A stretch of 32,423 nt of DNA from assembly GCF_004010195.1 (NCBI RefSeq), contig NC_057718.1, positions 98,270,876 through 98,303,298 of the forward strand. Direction: 5' to 3'. Below, piece after piece: positions 22,613 through 32,423 of the stretch. Every line of letters starts with the position of its first letter. The stretch's first letter is position 1. The translations under genes were made by a program, and so were the position numbers. Source of the DNA: Chiloscyllium plagiosum (taxonomy: Eukaryota). The notes beneath the pieces were generated by a model. It saw nothing but the letters and a program-made list of their open reading frames with translations. It was not told the DNA's origin and made no database searches.

Positions 22613-23382
22613 TGTCCCTATTGTGAAAGCCAGGGGCTGTTACAATGGAAGTACAGCTGTTATAACATAGTCTGTAGCACTACTGCCTCAGAGTTCACAT
22701 CCCAAAATTTGAGCTCTCAGCCCCACCTGTGGTCCTGACTTCCACTTTGGGAAGCCTTGCTTTAAGGTTCACATCGTTAAGCACATCAATTATTGATGCC
22801 CATTATAGATTGTGTCTAGATTCTATACGCTAAACTCCACTGCTCTCAGAAAAAAAAACACATACACCATCTGTGCTTCCCATGAACTGTTAAGTTGGTC
22901 AGGCAATATTTTCCATTCTGTGTGGACTGAAGGTCCATGTGAAAGAGTGACCTCTGGGACTGGACATCAGTGCTGCGAATGGTGTCGGCCCCCGCATAGA
23001 CCCTCTGTGCAGCTCAGAGGGGACATTGCCTGACGCTCACTGTAAGTGCTGCTTACACAGCTGCTTGTTGAAGCAGTCATGAAACCCTAGTTTGCAGACG
23101 AGCTGCAGCCAAGGGATGTGTACAAATGAAGCACTGGCTGGCAGCAAGGAGCTGATTGGTCTATGAATTTGTGACCAATTATTGATGACAAAAGCCTTCT
23201 ACCTGCCAATGACTGATTAACCCTCAGGGAGCTGAGCAACTTGATGGGGGTGAAGGACTTGGTAGAAACCACATCATCTCTGGAAGTGAAGGAGTTGTGT
23301 TTTACTCTGTAGAGAAAAACATCTCTAGCCTGAAGATAGCCAGTTTATTTTCCCCTTTCTAGTTAGTTCTTTATAGAACCTT

Positions 23383-23568
23383 GGAGATAGTGAGGACTGC
23401 AGATACTAAAAAGCCAGAGTCAATAGAGTGTGGAGCTGGAAAAAAGCACAGCAGGTCAAGCAGCATCCGAGGAGCAGGGGAGTCAATGTTTCGGGTCCGG
23501 AGCTTCTGATGAAAGGACCCAAACTGAAACAGTGACTCCCCGCTCTTCGGATACTACTTGACTCAGCG
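23383..23568 (-). mobile_element. Palindromic HHR family-A variant (stem II gggtc/gaccc type), decayed
   Basis: ggagatagtgaggactgcaga terminus; arms around 23500; CTGATGA at 23506-23512. TSD ctttat(a/g)gaa at 23369 and 23569. Confidence 0.8.
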
Positions 23569-23589
23569 CTTTATGGAATGTTTGCTAGA

Positions 23590-23815
23590 AGCTAGGAGCA
23601 AGAGTAGCCTTTTCGAGCTTGATGTGCCATTCATTATGATCCTCAATCTCAACTCCATACTCCTGTTTTCTCTCCACACCCTTGGTGTCTTCTAACATAT
23701 AAAAATGCATCAATCTCTTTCTTGCATATACTCTGTCAGAGCCTCCACAGCCTTTTGTGTAGTGAATTCCACAGGTTTACTGCCATTTTGAATGAAGAAA
23801 TGTTTCCTCATCTGT
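23590..23815 (-). mobile_element. CR1-group 3' fragment
   Basis: agaagctaggagcaagagtagcc...gaattccacaggtttac...gaagaaatgtttcctcatct. Confidence 0.65.
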
Positions 23816-23997
23816 CCTTTCAGTTCAAGACGTAAACTCACATCACCTTCTCGATGGCGACGAGGGATGGGTAATAAATACTGGCCCAGGCAGTGACGCC
23901 CAAGTCACTCATCGTCTTTCCCTGTTACAAAGTATTAAATGAGCTGACTTTTCCATATACCACATTACATTGAAACTTCCCACATATCAATCATGCT

Positions 23998-24858
23998 ATA
24001 GAGTCATAGAGATGTACAGCACAGAAACAGACCCTTTGGTCCAACCTGTCCATGCCGACCAGATATCCCAACCCAATCTAGTCCCACCTGCCAGCACCCG
24101 ACCCAAAGCCTTCCTATTCATATACCCATCCAGATGCCTTTTCAATGTTGCAATTGTACTAGCCTCCACCACTTCCTCTGGCAGCTCATTACATACACAC
24201 ACCACCCTCTGCGTGAAAAAACTGCCCCTTAAGTCTCTTTTATATCTTTTCCCTCTCGCCCTAAACCCATGCCCTGTAGTTCTGGACTCCTCCAGCCCAG
24301 GGAAAAGACTTTATCTATTTATCCCATCCATGTCTCTCGTGATTTTATGAACCTCTATAGAGTCACCCCTCAGCCTCTGACACCCTAGAGAAAACAGCCC
24401 CAGCCTGTTCAGCCTCTCTCTATAGTTCAAATCCTCCAACCCTGGCAATATTCTTGTAAATCTTTTCTGAACCCTTTCAAGTTTCACAACATCTTTCCGA
24501 TAGGAAGGAGACCAGAATTGCATGCTATATTCCATCAGTGGCCTAACCAATGTCCTGTACAGCCGTCACATTTATCTGAATTAAACCCCATCTGCCACTT
24601 CTCAACCCATTGGCTCATCTGATCAAGATCCCGTTGTAATGTGAGGTAACCTTCTTCGCTGTCCACTACTCCTCCAATTTTGGTGTCATCTGCAAACTTA
24701 CTAACTATACCTCTTATGCTCACATCCAAATCATTTATATAAATGACAAAAAGTAGTGGACCCAGCACCGATACTTGTGGCACTCCACTGGTCACAAGCC
24801 TCCAATCTGAAAAACAGCCCTCCACCACCACCCTCTGTCTTCTTCCTTTGAGCCACAT
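23998..24858 (-). mobile_element. CR1/HER1 LINE RT to 3' end, with internal deletion near 24563
   Basis: SGVPQVSVLGPLLFVIYINDLD..SKFADDTKIGG and VRPLMEYSMQFWSP. Confidence 0.93.
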
Positions 24859-25149
24859 CTATTTTTAATTGCTGCTGTGTTCTTGGCTTTTGTTGCTAAT
24901 ACTGTAGCTAAAAACCTGAGGACAAAAGGGTTGGAACCATCAAGGACCTTCCTTCATCGATGAAACTTCTTGTAGTTTATATCTTTCAATCGTCACAGAA
25001 GGGATTGTCAAGGAACATCCAATGTTTCTCCTCAGCTATTGGATCATCCACCCTCTGACAGCCTCCGCTTGTTCTCAGAATGAATAGTTGATGAGCTTGA
25101 CAGTTCTTACCCGCTGTCTGGCCTGCTTTAATGGGAACTGGTTGGAAAC

Positions 25150-25382
25150 TGGAAGCTTTAGGTGGATTTAGTATGGGCAGCTGTGATCCCAAGTTCTGGA
25201 ATTACCTCTCTACAGCTCTCAGCTAGTCTGTTTTAACAGCTCCTTAAAATCTTCCTCTCCATTGTGTCAGTCCTCCTGATATGAATCAGTATCCAATTTT
25301 CTTTGATGGTGTCCCTTTAAAGAATACTTGGGTGATTTACTTTGTTCAGATAATTGTAGAGATGTAAATATTTATTATTGCT
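25150..25382 (+). mobile_element. L2-like 3' end, old
   Basis: cccaagttctggaattacctctc...ccttaaaatcttcctct..., similar to 17500-17700. Confidence 0.45.
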
Positions 25383-25459
25383 TCTGATTTATTGAGATGA
25401 TTTTATTCCCAGTGTGCATATTGGCAAATTACATTTGGACAAATGCACCCATTACCACA

Positions 25460-26214
25460 GAACCACAGAGCAGAAGGAGGCTATTCAGTCCATTGTCCCT
25501 GTGCTGGTTTCATTACCTGGTGTAAATCTTCTGCCTTTTCCCCATGGCCCTGCTCACCATTTCTATACAAATAATCATATGATGCCCTTCTAGAATGCCT
25601 CAGTTGAACCTTCCTGTACCACTTCCAGACCCTATTTGCTCTGTGAAAAAGTTTTTTTTTTACGATGACCTTGTATTGTTTGCACATCACTTTAAATCTA
25701 TGCCCGCTCATTCTTTCTCCTTATGTGAGCAGGAACAGCTCCTCCTTATCTACTCTAACCAGTCGACTCTCCATTGTGAAAAGCTCCATCAGGTCTCTCC
25801 AGGGAAGACAGTTCCAATTTAGAACATAGAAGATAGAAAAGTACAGCACAGAACAGACCCTTCGGCCTACAATGTTGTGCCAAAGATTAATCCTAATCTA
25901 AAATAAAATAACCTAACCTACGCACCCCTCAATTCACTGCTGTCCATGTGCATGTCCAGCAGTCGCTTCAATGTCCCTAATGACTACTTCCACGATCACT
26001 GTTGGCTACGCATTCCATGCACTCACAGCTCTCTGTGTACTACCTCTGAGTCTCCTGTATACCTTCCTCCTAACATGTTAAAGCTATGAACACTCAATCC
26101 TGTCTTGGGAAATGTCTCTGGCTATTGACTCTATCTATGCCTGTCATTATCTTGGACACCTCGATCAGGTCACCTCTTTTTCTCCTTCTCTCCAAGGGAA
26201 AAGTCCAAGCTTAT
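25460..26214 (-). mobile_element. Two nested CR1 3' fragments (older 25460-25820; younger 25821-26214, resuming at 27799)
   Basis: agaacatagaagatagaaaagtacagcacagaacagaccc 3' end; aagtccaagctt continues as agtcaatctctc after 27798. Confidence 0.7.
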
Positions 26215-27798
26215 GTCTTGACATGCATAAAAGTAGATACATCCCCAGGACCTGATAAGGTGTGCCCTCAAATGCTGTGGGAAGCTAGGGAAGTGGTTTC
26301 TGGGCCTCTTGCTGAGATATTTTTATCATCGATAGTCACAGGTGAGGTGCCAGAAGTCTAGAGGTTGGCTAACATGGTGCCACTGTATAAGAAAGGTGGT
26401 AAGGACAAGCCAGGGAACTATAGACCAGTGAGCCTGACATTGGTGGTGAGCAAGTTGTTGAAGGGAATCCTGATGAACAAGATGTACATGTATTTGGAAA
26501 GGCAAGGACAGATTAGGGATAGTCAACATGGCTTTGTGCATGGGAAATCATGTCTCACAAACTTGATTGAGTTTTTTGAAGAAGTACCAATGAGGAGTGA
26601 TGAGGGCAGAGCAGTAGATGTGATCTATATGGACTTCAGTAAGGCATTCGACAAGGTTCCCCATGGGACGCTGTTTATTAGGATTAGATCTCATGGACAA
26701 CCAGAAGAACTAGCCATTTGGATACAGAACTAGCTCAAAGATAGAAGACAGAGGTTGGTGGTGGAGGGTTGTTTTTCAGACTGGAGGTCTGTGATCAGTG
26801 GTTTACTACAAGGATCGGTGCTGGGTCCACTACTTTTCGTCATTTATATAAATGATTTGGATGCGAGCATAAGAGGTACAGTTAGTGAGTTTGCAGATGA
26901 CACCAAAATTGGAGGAGTAGTGGACAGCGAAGAAGATTACCTCAGATTACAATGGGATCTTGATCAGATGGGCCAATGTGCTAAGGAATGGCAGATGGCG
27001 TTTGATTTAGATAAATGCAAGGTGTTGCATTTTGGGAAGGCAAATCAGAGCAGGACTTATATACTTAATGGTCAGGTCCTAGGGAGTGTTGCTGAACAAA
27101 GAGACCTTGGAGTGCAGGTTCATAGCTCCTTGAAAGTGGAGCAGGTAGATAGGATAGTGAAGAAGGCATTTGGTATGCTTTCCTTTATTGGTCATAGAGT
27201 ATTAAGTACAGGAGTTGGGATGTAATGTTATGGCTGTACAGGACATTGGTTAGGCCACTTTTGGAATTTTACGTGCAATTTTGGTCTCCTTCCCATCAGA
27301 AAGATGTTGTGAAACTTGAAAGGTTTCAGAAAAGATTTACAAGAATGTTGCTGAGGTTGGAGGATTTGAGCTACAGTGAAAGGTTGAATAGGCTGGGGAT
27401 GTTTTTCCTGGAGCATTCTAGGCTGAGGGGTGACCTTATAGAGGTTTATAAAATCATGATGGGTATAGATAGGATAAATAGATAATGTCTTTCCCTGGAG
27501 TGAGAAAGTCCAGAACTAGAGGGCATCGATTTAGGGTGAGAGGGGAAAGATATAAAAAATGACCTAAGGTGCAACATTTTCAAACCAAGGGTGTTGCTGC
27601 CAGAGGAAGTGGTGAAGGCCGGTACAATTGCAAGTTTTAAAAGGCATTTGGATGGGTATATGAATAGGAAGGATTTGAAGGGATATGGGCCGGGTGCTGG
27701 CAGGTGAGGCTGGATTGGGTTGGGATATCTGATCGGCATGGACGGGTTGGATCAAAGGTCTGTTACCGTGCTGTACATCTCTATGAATCTATGACTCT
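26215..27798 (+). mobile_element. CR1/HER1 LINE, 5'-truncated, RT to 3' microsatellite tail
   Basis: PGNYRPVSLT, QHGFVHGKSCLTNL, YMDFSKAFDKVPH and FADDTKIGG; tail (ctctatga)n. Confidence 0.95.
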
Positions 27799-28263
27799 AG
27801 TCAATCTCTCTTTGTAAGACAAGCCCGCCAGTCCAGGCAGCATCCCTCAATCTATCCTCATAACTGAAGTTTCTGAGGATAGATATTCCTGAAATCATTT
27901 TTGTATATTACTTCTGCTTTGTCTCCAATACATTCAAATCTTTCCTATAATTTGACACCCACAACTGTTTGCATTACACGGCTGAGGTCTAAAAAGTGTC
28001 ATGTACAAGTTCAACCTCCCTGTACTGCATGCAGTGAAGGCTGGATTGGGATACTTTTACAACTGTGTTCTTTGATGGTCCTCATATCAGCAATTACTAA
28101 TTGTCAAAGTGTCCATATTTGAACACTTTTTTACAGCATTTTTAAATAGAAATGGGAGATTGGCTGCCTAGAAATGTGGAATTTAAACTTATCTGTGGTT
28201 CACTGCTGTGCAAGTTTGTATTTTTATATCAACAAACCTATTACCAAGGCCAATTATTTCTTT

Positions 28264-28480
28264 AGTTAAAAAGCACACACCAGGTTACAGTCCAACAGGT
28301 TTATTTGGAAGCACTAGCTTTCAGAGCGCTGCTCCTTCATCGGGTGTTTGAGCCACAACCACCTGATGAAGGAGCGGCGCTCCGAAAGCTAGTGCTTCCA
28401 AATAAACCTGTTGGACTATAACCTGGTGTTGTGGGATTTTTAACTTTGTACACCCCAGTCCAACTCCGGCATCTCCAAAT
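28264..28480 (+). mobile_element. Palindromic HHR family-B element: ~88 bp arms, 5 nt loop, 35 nt unpaired 3' tail
   Basis: 28264-28350 is the reverse complement of 28356-28445. Putative TSD caatta(tt/aa)tcttt at 28251-28263 and 28481-28493. Confidence 0.92.
28360..28394 (+). ncRNA. Intact minimal type I hammerhead ribozyme, predicted cleavage CUA^ between 28391 and 28392
   Basis: CAC-CTGATGA-A-GGAGC GGC GCTCC-GAA-AGCT-A-GTG: stem I CAC/GTG, 5 bp stem II and palindromic helix III AGCT. Confidence 0.85.
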
Positions 28481-28849
28481 CAATTAAATCTTTGTCATTT
28501 CACATCCAGAGCACTTTTGCACTAAAATTAATTCATGCAAATTAATGTTAAAATTATTTATTTAAAATCTTGTTTTGGTTGTGGTTCTTTTGAGGTAATC
28601 ATTAACTGATTTTTCTATCGGAATTGTATTAATCTAAACAAATTAAAATTAATGTATGTAACAAGATAAGAATTCATAGTTTAAATGGTTCAGTATTAAT
28701 TTTCTCAAGTGTTCAATAAATTTGGGGTGTAATAATTCGTTCATGGCCAGCTTGCAAGCTTAATGGGAGCAATGCACAAAGAATGGATTGTACAATTGCC
28801 CTCAGACCTGATCAGGCTTATTTTATATGGATTCACATTTGTTCTTTGC

Positions 28850-29180
28850 ATGACTGGAATACTGTATGTAGTTCTGGTCTCCTTATTTAAGGAAGGATGT
28901 TTTTCCATTGGAAGGGGTAGGATGAAGGTTTGCTAACCCAGTCTCTGGGCTGAGGGGGTGGGTTATTTTGAGAGGCTGAGTAAATTTGGCCATTATCCTC
29001 CGGAGTTTGGCAACCTCATAGAAATAAACCAGATTCTGAAGGGACACACTGAGAGATTATTCATTGGAATCTGTAATGTGGGCTCAGAATCTCAGGAAAA
29101 GGTACCAATCATTTAGGAGTGAGATGAGGAATAATTGCTTCACTCAAAGGGTTGTGAATCTGTGGAAGTCTCTGCCTCAC
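28850..29180 (+). mobile_element. CR1-group LINE late-ORF2 fragment, decayed
   Basis: ctggaatactgtatgtagttctggtctccttatttaaggaaggatg (LEYC..FWSPYLRKD). Confidence 0.7.
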
Positions 29181-29397
29181 AAAGAGACCATTTTGGAATT
29201 TGAGTAATGTACTGCCTACGTGACTTACAATGTATCAGTGTCTGATGAATTCTCGTCTACCTCAGCACCTTTTTCTGGGATAGGCTACTCCAATGTTGGC
29301 TCAGTAAGCAATCATTGACCTGAGGTTCCTGAGATTGTTGCTTAACATGATTACCACACGGTCAAGCACTGCTGCTGATGGCTAATCTTTGTTCCAG

Positions 29398-29513
29398 GAA
29401 CACAGTGTCACTCAGAAATCACATTGCTTGCAAGTGGATAAAATGGTGGCACAACACGACAAGGAAAAGTTAACCCAAGAGAAGATTTTGGAAAAAGCAA
29501 TCAAAAAGAAGGG
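29398..29513 (+). CDS. PLCB4: Next internal coding exon of PLCB4, 116 bp, phase 0/2
   Basis: Branch-like gCTAAT (29381-29386), ctttgttccAG| acceptor and |GTAAGT donor. Translates [39 protein letters not shown] versus recalled human [39 protein letters not shown]. Confidence 0.93.
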
Positions 29514-29779
29514 GTAAGTGCCTCCTGATTTTTCAGTACCTGCAATGCATTGTCCGGTAGATCCCAAAAGGAAGCACTTTAATATTGGGAGGGGATTATG
29601 AAGCGATGAACTCTAAGAACAGGAAGGCAAATATTCCCTGAGTTTAAGTTGTTTCTGAGGTGTACATTTATTTTATCTTTTGGATGGCAGAACATCTAAT
29701 AAGGAGGAAAATTAGTGCATGCAGAGCCTAGACCAGCATTCGTAACCAATCTTCAGTCTATTCAGCCCAGTTTTATTGT

Positions 29780-30005
29780 ACTCCTTTCATGGGATATGAG
29801 CAAAGCTTGCATTTGTCACCCATCCTTAATTGCCCTTGAATTTCGTGGCTTGCTGGAGGTCAGTTAAGCATCAACCACATTGCCATTGGCCCGGAGTCAC
29901 TAATAAACCAGACCAAGTTAGGAAGAATGCGTTCCTGTCCTCAAGAATATTAGAGAGCCAGGTTGATGAACATGGTTATAGTGACCATTACTAGGAATAG
30001 CTTAA
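29780..30005 (-). mobile_element. Ancient SINE (same family as 13005)
   Basis: cagttaagcatcaaccacattgcc...ggagtcac...ccagacc is the reverse of 14275-14335. Confidence 0.65.
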
Positions 30006-31341
30006 GAATCCATATTTTATTCCCTGATTTTAAATTAAACAAAGCTAGTGTCTGGGGAGTGAAGCCAGTGGTCTGTAGAGTGGTGGTGAGGAGACAAAAT
30101 CTCAGCTTCAGTTGTGGGCACTTAAATAGCAGGAAAGAGGCGCTGCATTAGCAAGGAGAAAGAGTCTGTAAGAAGGGGGAGGAGGATCTGAAAGGGTGAA
30201 GAGTGAGGTCATGCATGTGCTGAAGGGAGTGCCATGTGAACTAGTAGTGATATGTGATCAGACTTCTCTTATTCATGACAATATTGCCGCAGCGTTCAGC
30301 ACTCGAAAGACACTTGTGATGTTCATTTCAAAACAGTTACTTCCTGCAGCATTCCCTTGACCATTTCAATGTGATCTCTAATCGGACATGACACACCTCT
30401 GGGTGGGAACTTTAACCTTCCAATCCAGATATCGAGACACGACCAATATGTCACAAGACCTCTATGCTTGTTAGGTGTTGCAATTTGTTTTAAGTTTGCT
30501 AGTTCTGTCGATTGTTAATCGACAATGATTACATGGTCACCATTAGATTAGCTGAATGTAACCATTTTCAATTGTCATAAAAACTGATCTGGCTCATGAA
30601 TGTCCTGTAGAGAAGGAAGTCTGTGCAAGGTGAGTACATTATGTGTTTTTCCCTTTGAAAAATACCCAAGGACAGGTGTTAAAACAAAAGGAATCTGAGC
30701 AAAGGAACTTAAGGCAGTCAACAAGACCAAAAGCAAAATTAACTGCTCAATTACGGACATTAATGCTACCGGTGATTTCCATTGCTCAACATTCAACTAT
30801 CAGCTCTTTGTGAACAATCCAGACATTAATCTGCCTGTGTTTTTTTAAAAATTTCTTCATTTTCGACTCTTATTTCTAATCTGTCTGGATGTGTGCAGTG
30901 TTAATAATTCTCGCATTTAGTAATGAACAAACTCACACTGTGTTAACTCAAGAAAGCCTGTTTAAATCAACGCTTTTTAAGACGTGGATTACATTTGGGT
31001 CTGGGAGGAAGAGCTTCATAAGGCAGGGGGTTCCATTTTTAAAATAACCTTGTTCCGACCTACTGCGGGAGTAGGTGAATACAGAAGGGATCCAGTTCAT
31101 CCCTGTTTGGAGTTTCCCACCTGGAACCATAACACATAGGGGGGTTTCGCCTGGGGGCCTGGTCATAACACTTTGCAACCTGCCCAGACTTACAGATTTG
31201 CTTTCACTCCTGCATTAATGCTGCATATGGAGGAGGGGGTTTGGAGGTTTCAGTTGATGAGTAGGATGGGGATTATTGTGGGAGTAAAGGGGTTGAGCGT
31301 GGGAGAGTAATTATTGAAAAGTCAAGGTTTCACCAAAAGAA

Positions 31342-32423
31342 AATGAACCGGGACAAGTGGTGGGCTTGTTAGTGGGTGAACATTTTGGTGATGGTGACCA
31401 CAATTCTGTGACTTTCACCTTGTTATGGAGAAGAGATAGGTGCGCACAACAAGGTAGATTTTATAATTGGGGGAAGGGAAATTACGATGCTGTAAGGCAG
31501 GATTTGAGGAGCATACATTGGGAGCATAGGCTGTCAGGGAAGGATGTGGAGGAAATGTGGAACTTTTTCAAAGAGCAGATACGACGTGTCCATGATATGC
31601 ATGTACCTATCAGGCAGGAAAGAAATGGTCGTGTGAGGGAGCCTTGGTTGACGAGAGAGGTTGAATGTCTGGTAAAGAGGAAGAAGGAGGCTTACATAAG
31701 GTTGAGGAAACAGGATTCAGACAGAGCAGGGGAGGGATACAGGATAGCCAGAAGGGACCTGAAGAAAGGGATTAGGAGAGCGAAGAGAGGGCATGAAAAA
31801 TCGTTGGCAGATAGGATCAAGGATAACCCCAAGGCATTTTATGCGTATGTGAGAAACCTGAGAATGACGAGAACGAGGGTAGGTCCGAACAAGGACAGTA
31901 GTGGGAGACTGTGTATTGAGTCGGAAGAGATAGGAGAGGTCTTGAACAAGTACTTCTCTTCAGTATTTACGAACGAGAGGGACCGTATTGTAGAAGAGGA
32001 GAGTGTGAAATGGACTGGTAAGCTAGAAGAGATACCTGTTAGGAAGGAAGATGTGTTGGACATTTTGAACAACTTGAGGATAGACAAGTCCCCCGGGCCT
32101 GACGGGATATATCCTAGGATTATGTGGGAAGCAAGAGAGGAAATTGCAGTACCGTTGGCAATGATCTTCTCGTCTTCACTGGCAACGGGGATGGTACCAG
32201 GGGACTGGAGAGTAGCGAATGTTGTGCCCCTGTTCAAAAAAGGGAATAGGGATAACCCCGGGAATTACAGGCCTGTTAGTCTTACTTCTGTGGTAGGCAA
32301 AGTAATGGAAAGGGTACTGAGGGATAGGATTTATGAGTATCTGGAAAGACACTGCTTGATTAGGGACAGCCAGCACGGATTTGTGAAGGGTAGGTCTTAC
32401 CTTACAAGTCTTATTGAATTCTT
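31342..32423 (+). mobile_element. Young CR1 LINE, 5'-truncated, ORF2 open to the window end (endonuclease C-terminus, tether, RT start)
   Basis: Stop-free frame from 31342: NEPGQVVGLLVGEHFGDGDHNSV...PWLT...NPKAFYAYV...DKSPGPDGIYPR...DWRVANVVPLFKKG..PGNYRPVSLTS...QHGFVKG. Confidence 0.95.

Larger units (their letters stand above)
504..29397 (+). other. PLCB4: PLCB4 intron, GT-AG, ~28.9 kb including a 676-N gap
   Basis: The two exons encode contiguous peptide (...KKKHAK|EHS...), so no constitutive coding exon is needed between them. Confidence 0.85.

Noticed and set aside
29242..29262. Isolated CTGATGA (similar chance hits at 17665, 20466, 22321 and 23330)
   Set aside because: No stem II plus GAAA follows, so these are not hammerheads.
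1..32423. CRISPR array or prokaryotic operon/defence system
   Set aside because: No regularly spaced repeat-spacer array; all RT/nuclease motifs belong to eukaryotic retroelements.

Overview
Repeat-dense vertebrate DNA, almost certainly from a shark or other elasmobranch (HE1-type SINEs, HER1/CR1 LINEs). The window lies inside a + strand phospholipase C beta 4 (PLCB4) gene. Two coding exons missing from the ORF track (438-503, [22 protein letters not shown]; 29398-29513, [39 protein letters not shown]) flank a 28.9 kb intron filled with CR1/L2 LINE fragments, tRNA-derived SINEs, a CA/CT microsatellite with an assembly gap, and a 5.1 kb Penelope-like element (PLE; RT + GIY-YIG) arranged as a partial tandem plus an inverted copy. 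The most notable signal is a dispersed system of hammerhead-ribozyme (HHR) bearing elements. About 9 short (70-230 bp) non-coding insertions carry intact or partial CUGAnGA-stem II-GAAA-palindromic helix III motifs. Most have 10-15 bp target-site duplications (TSDs), and several are fold-back palindromes with the same ~35 nt unpaired 3' tail as the large PLE. One copy (28360-28394) is a fully intact minimal type I hammerhead, sense to the PLCB4 pre-mRNA. All calls were made by eye: repeat boundaries are approximate, family names are from recall, and no searches were run.
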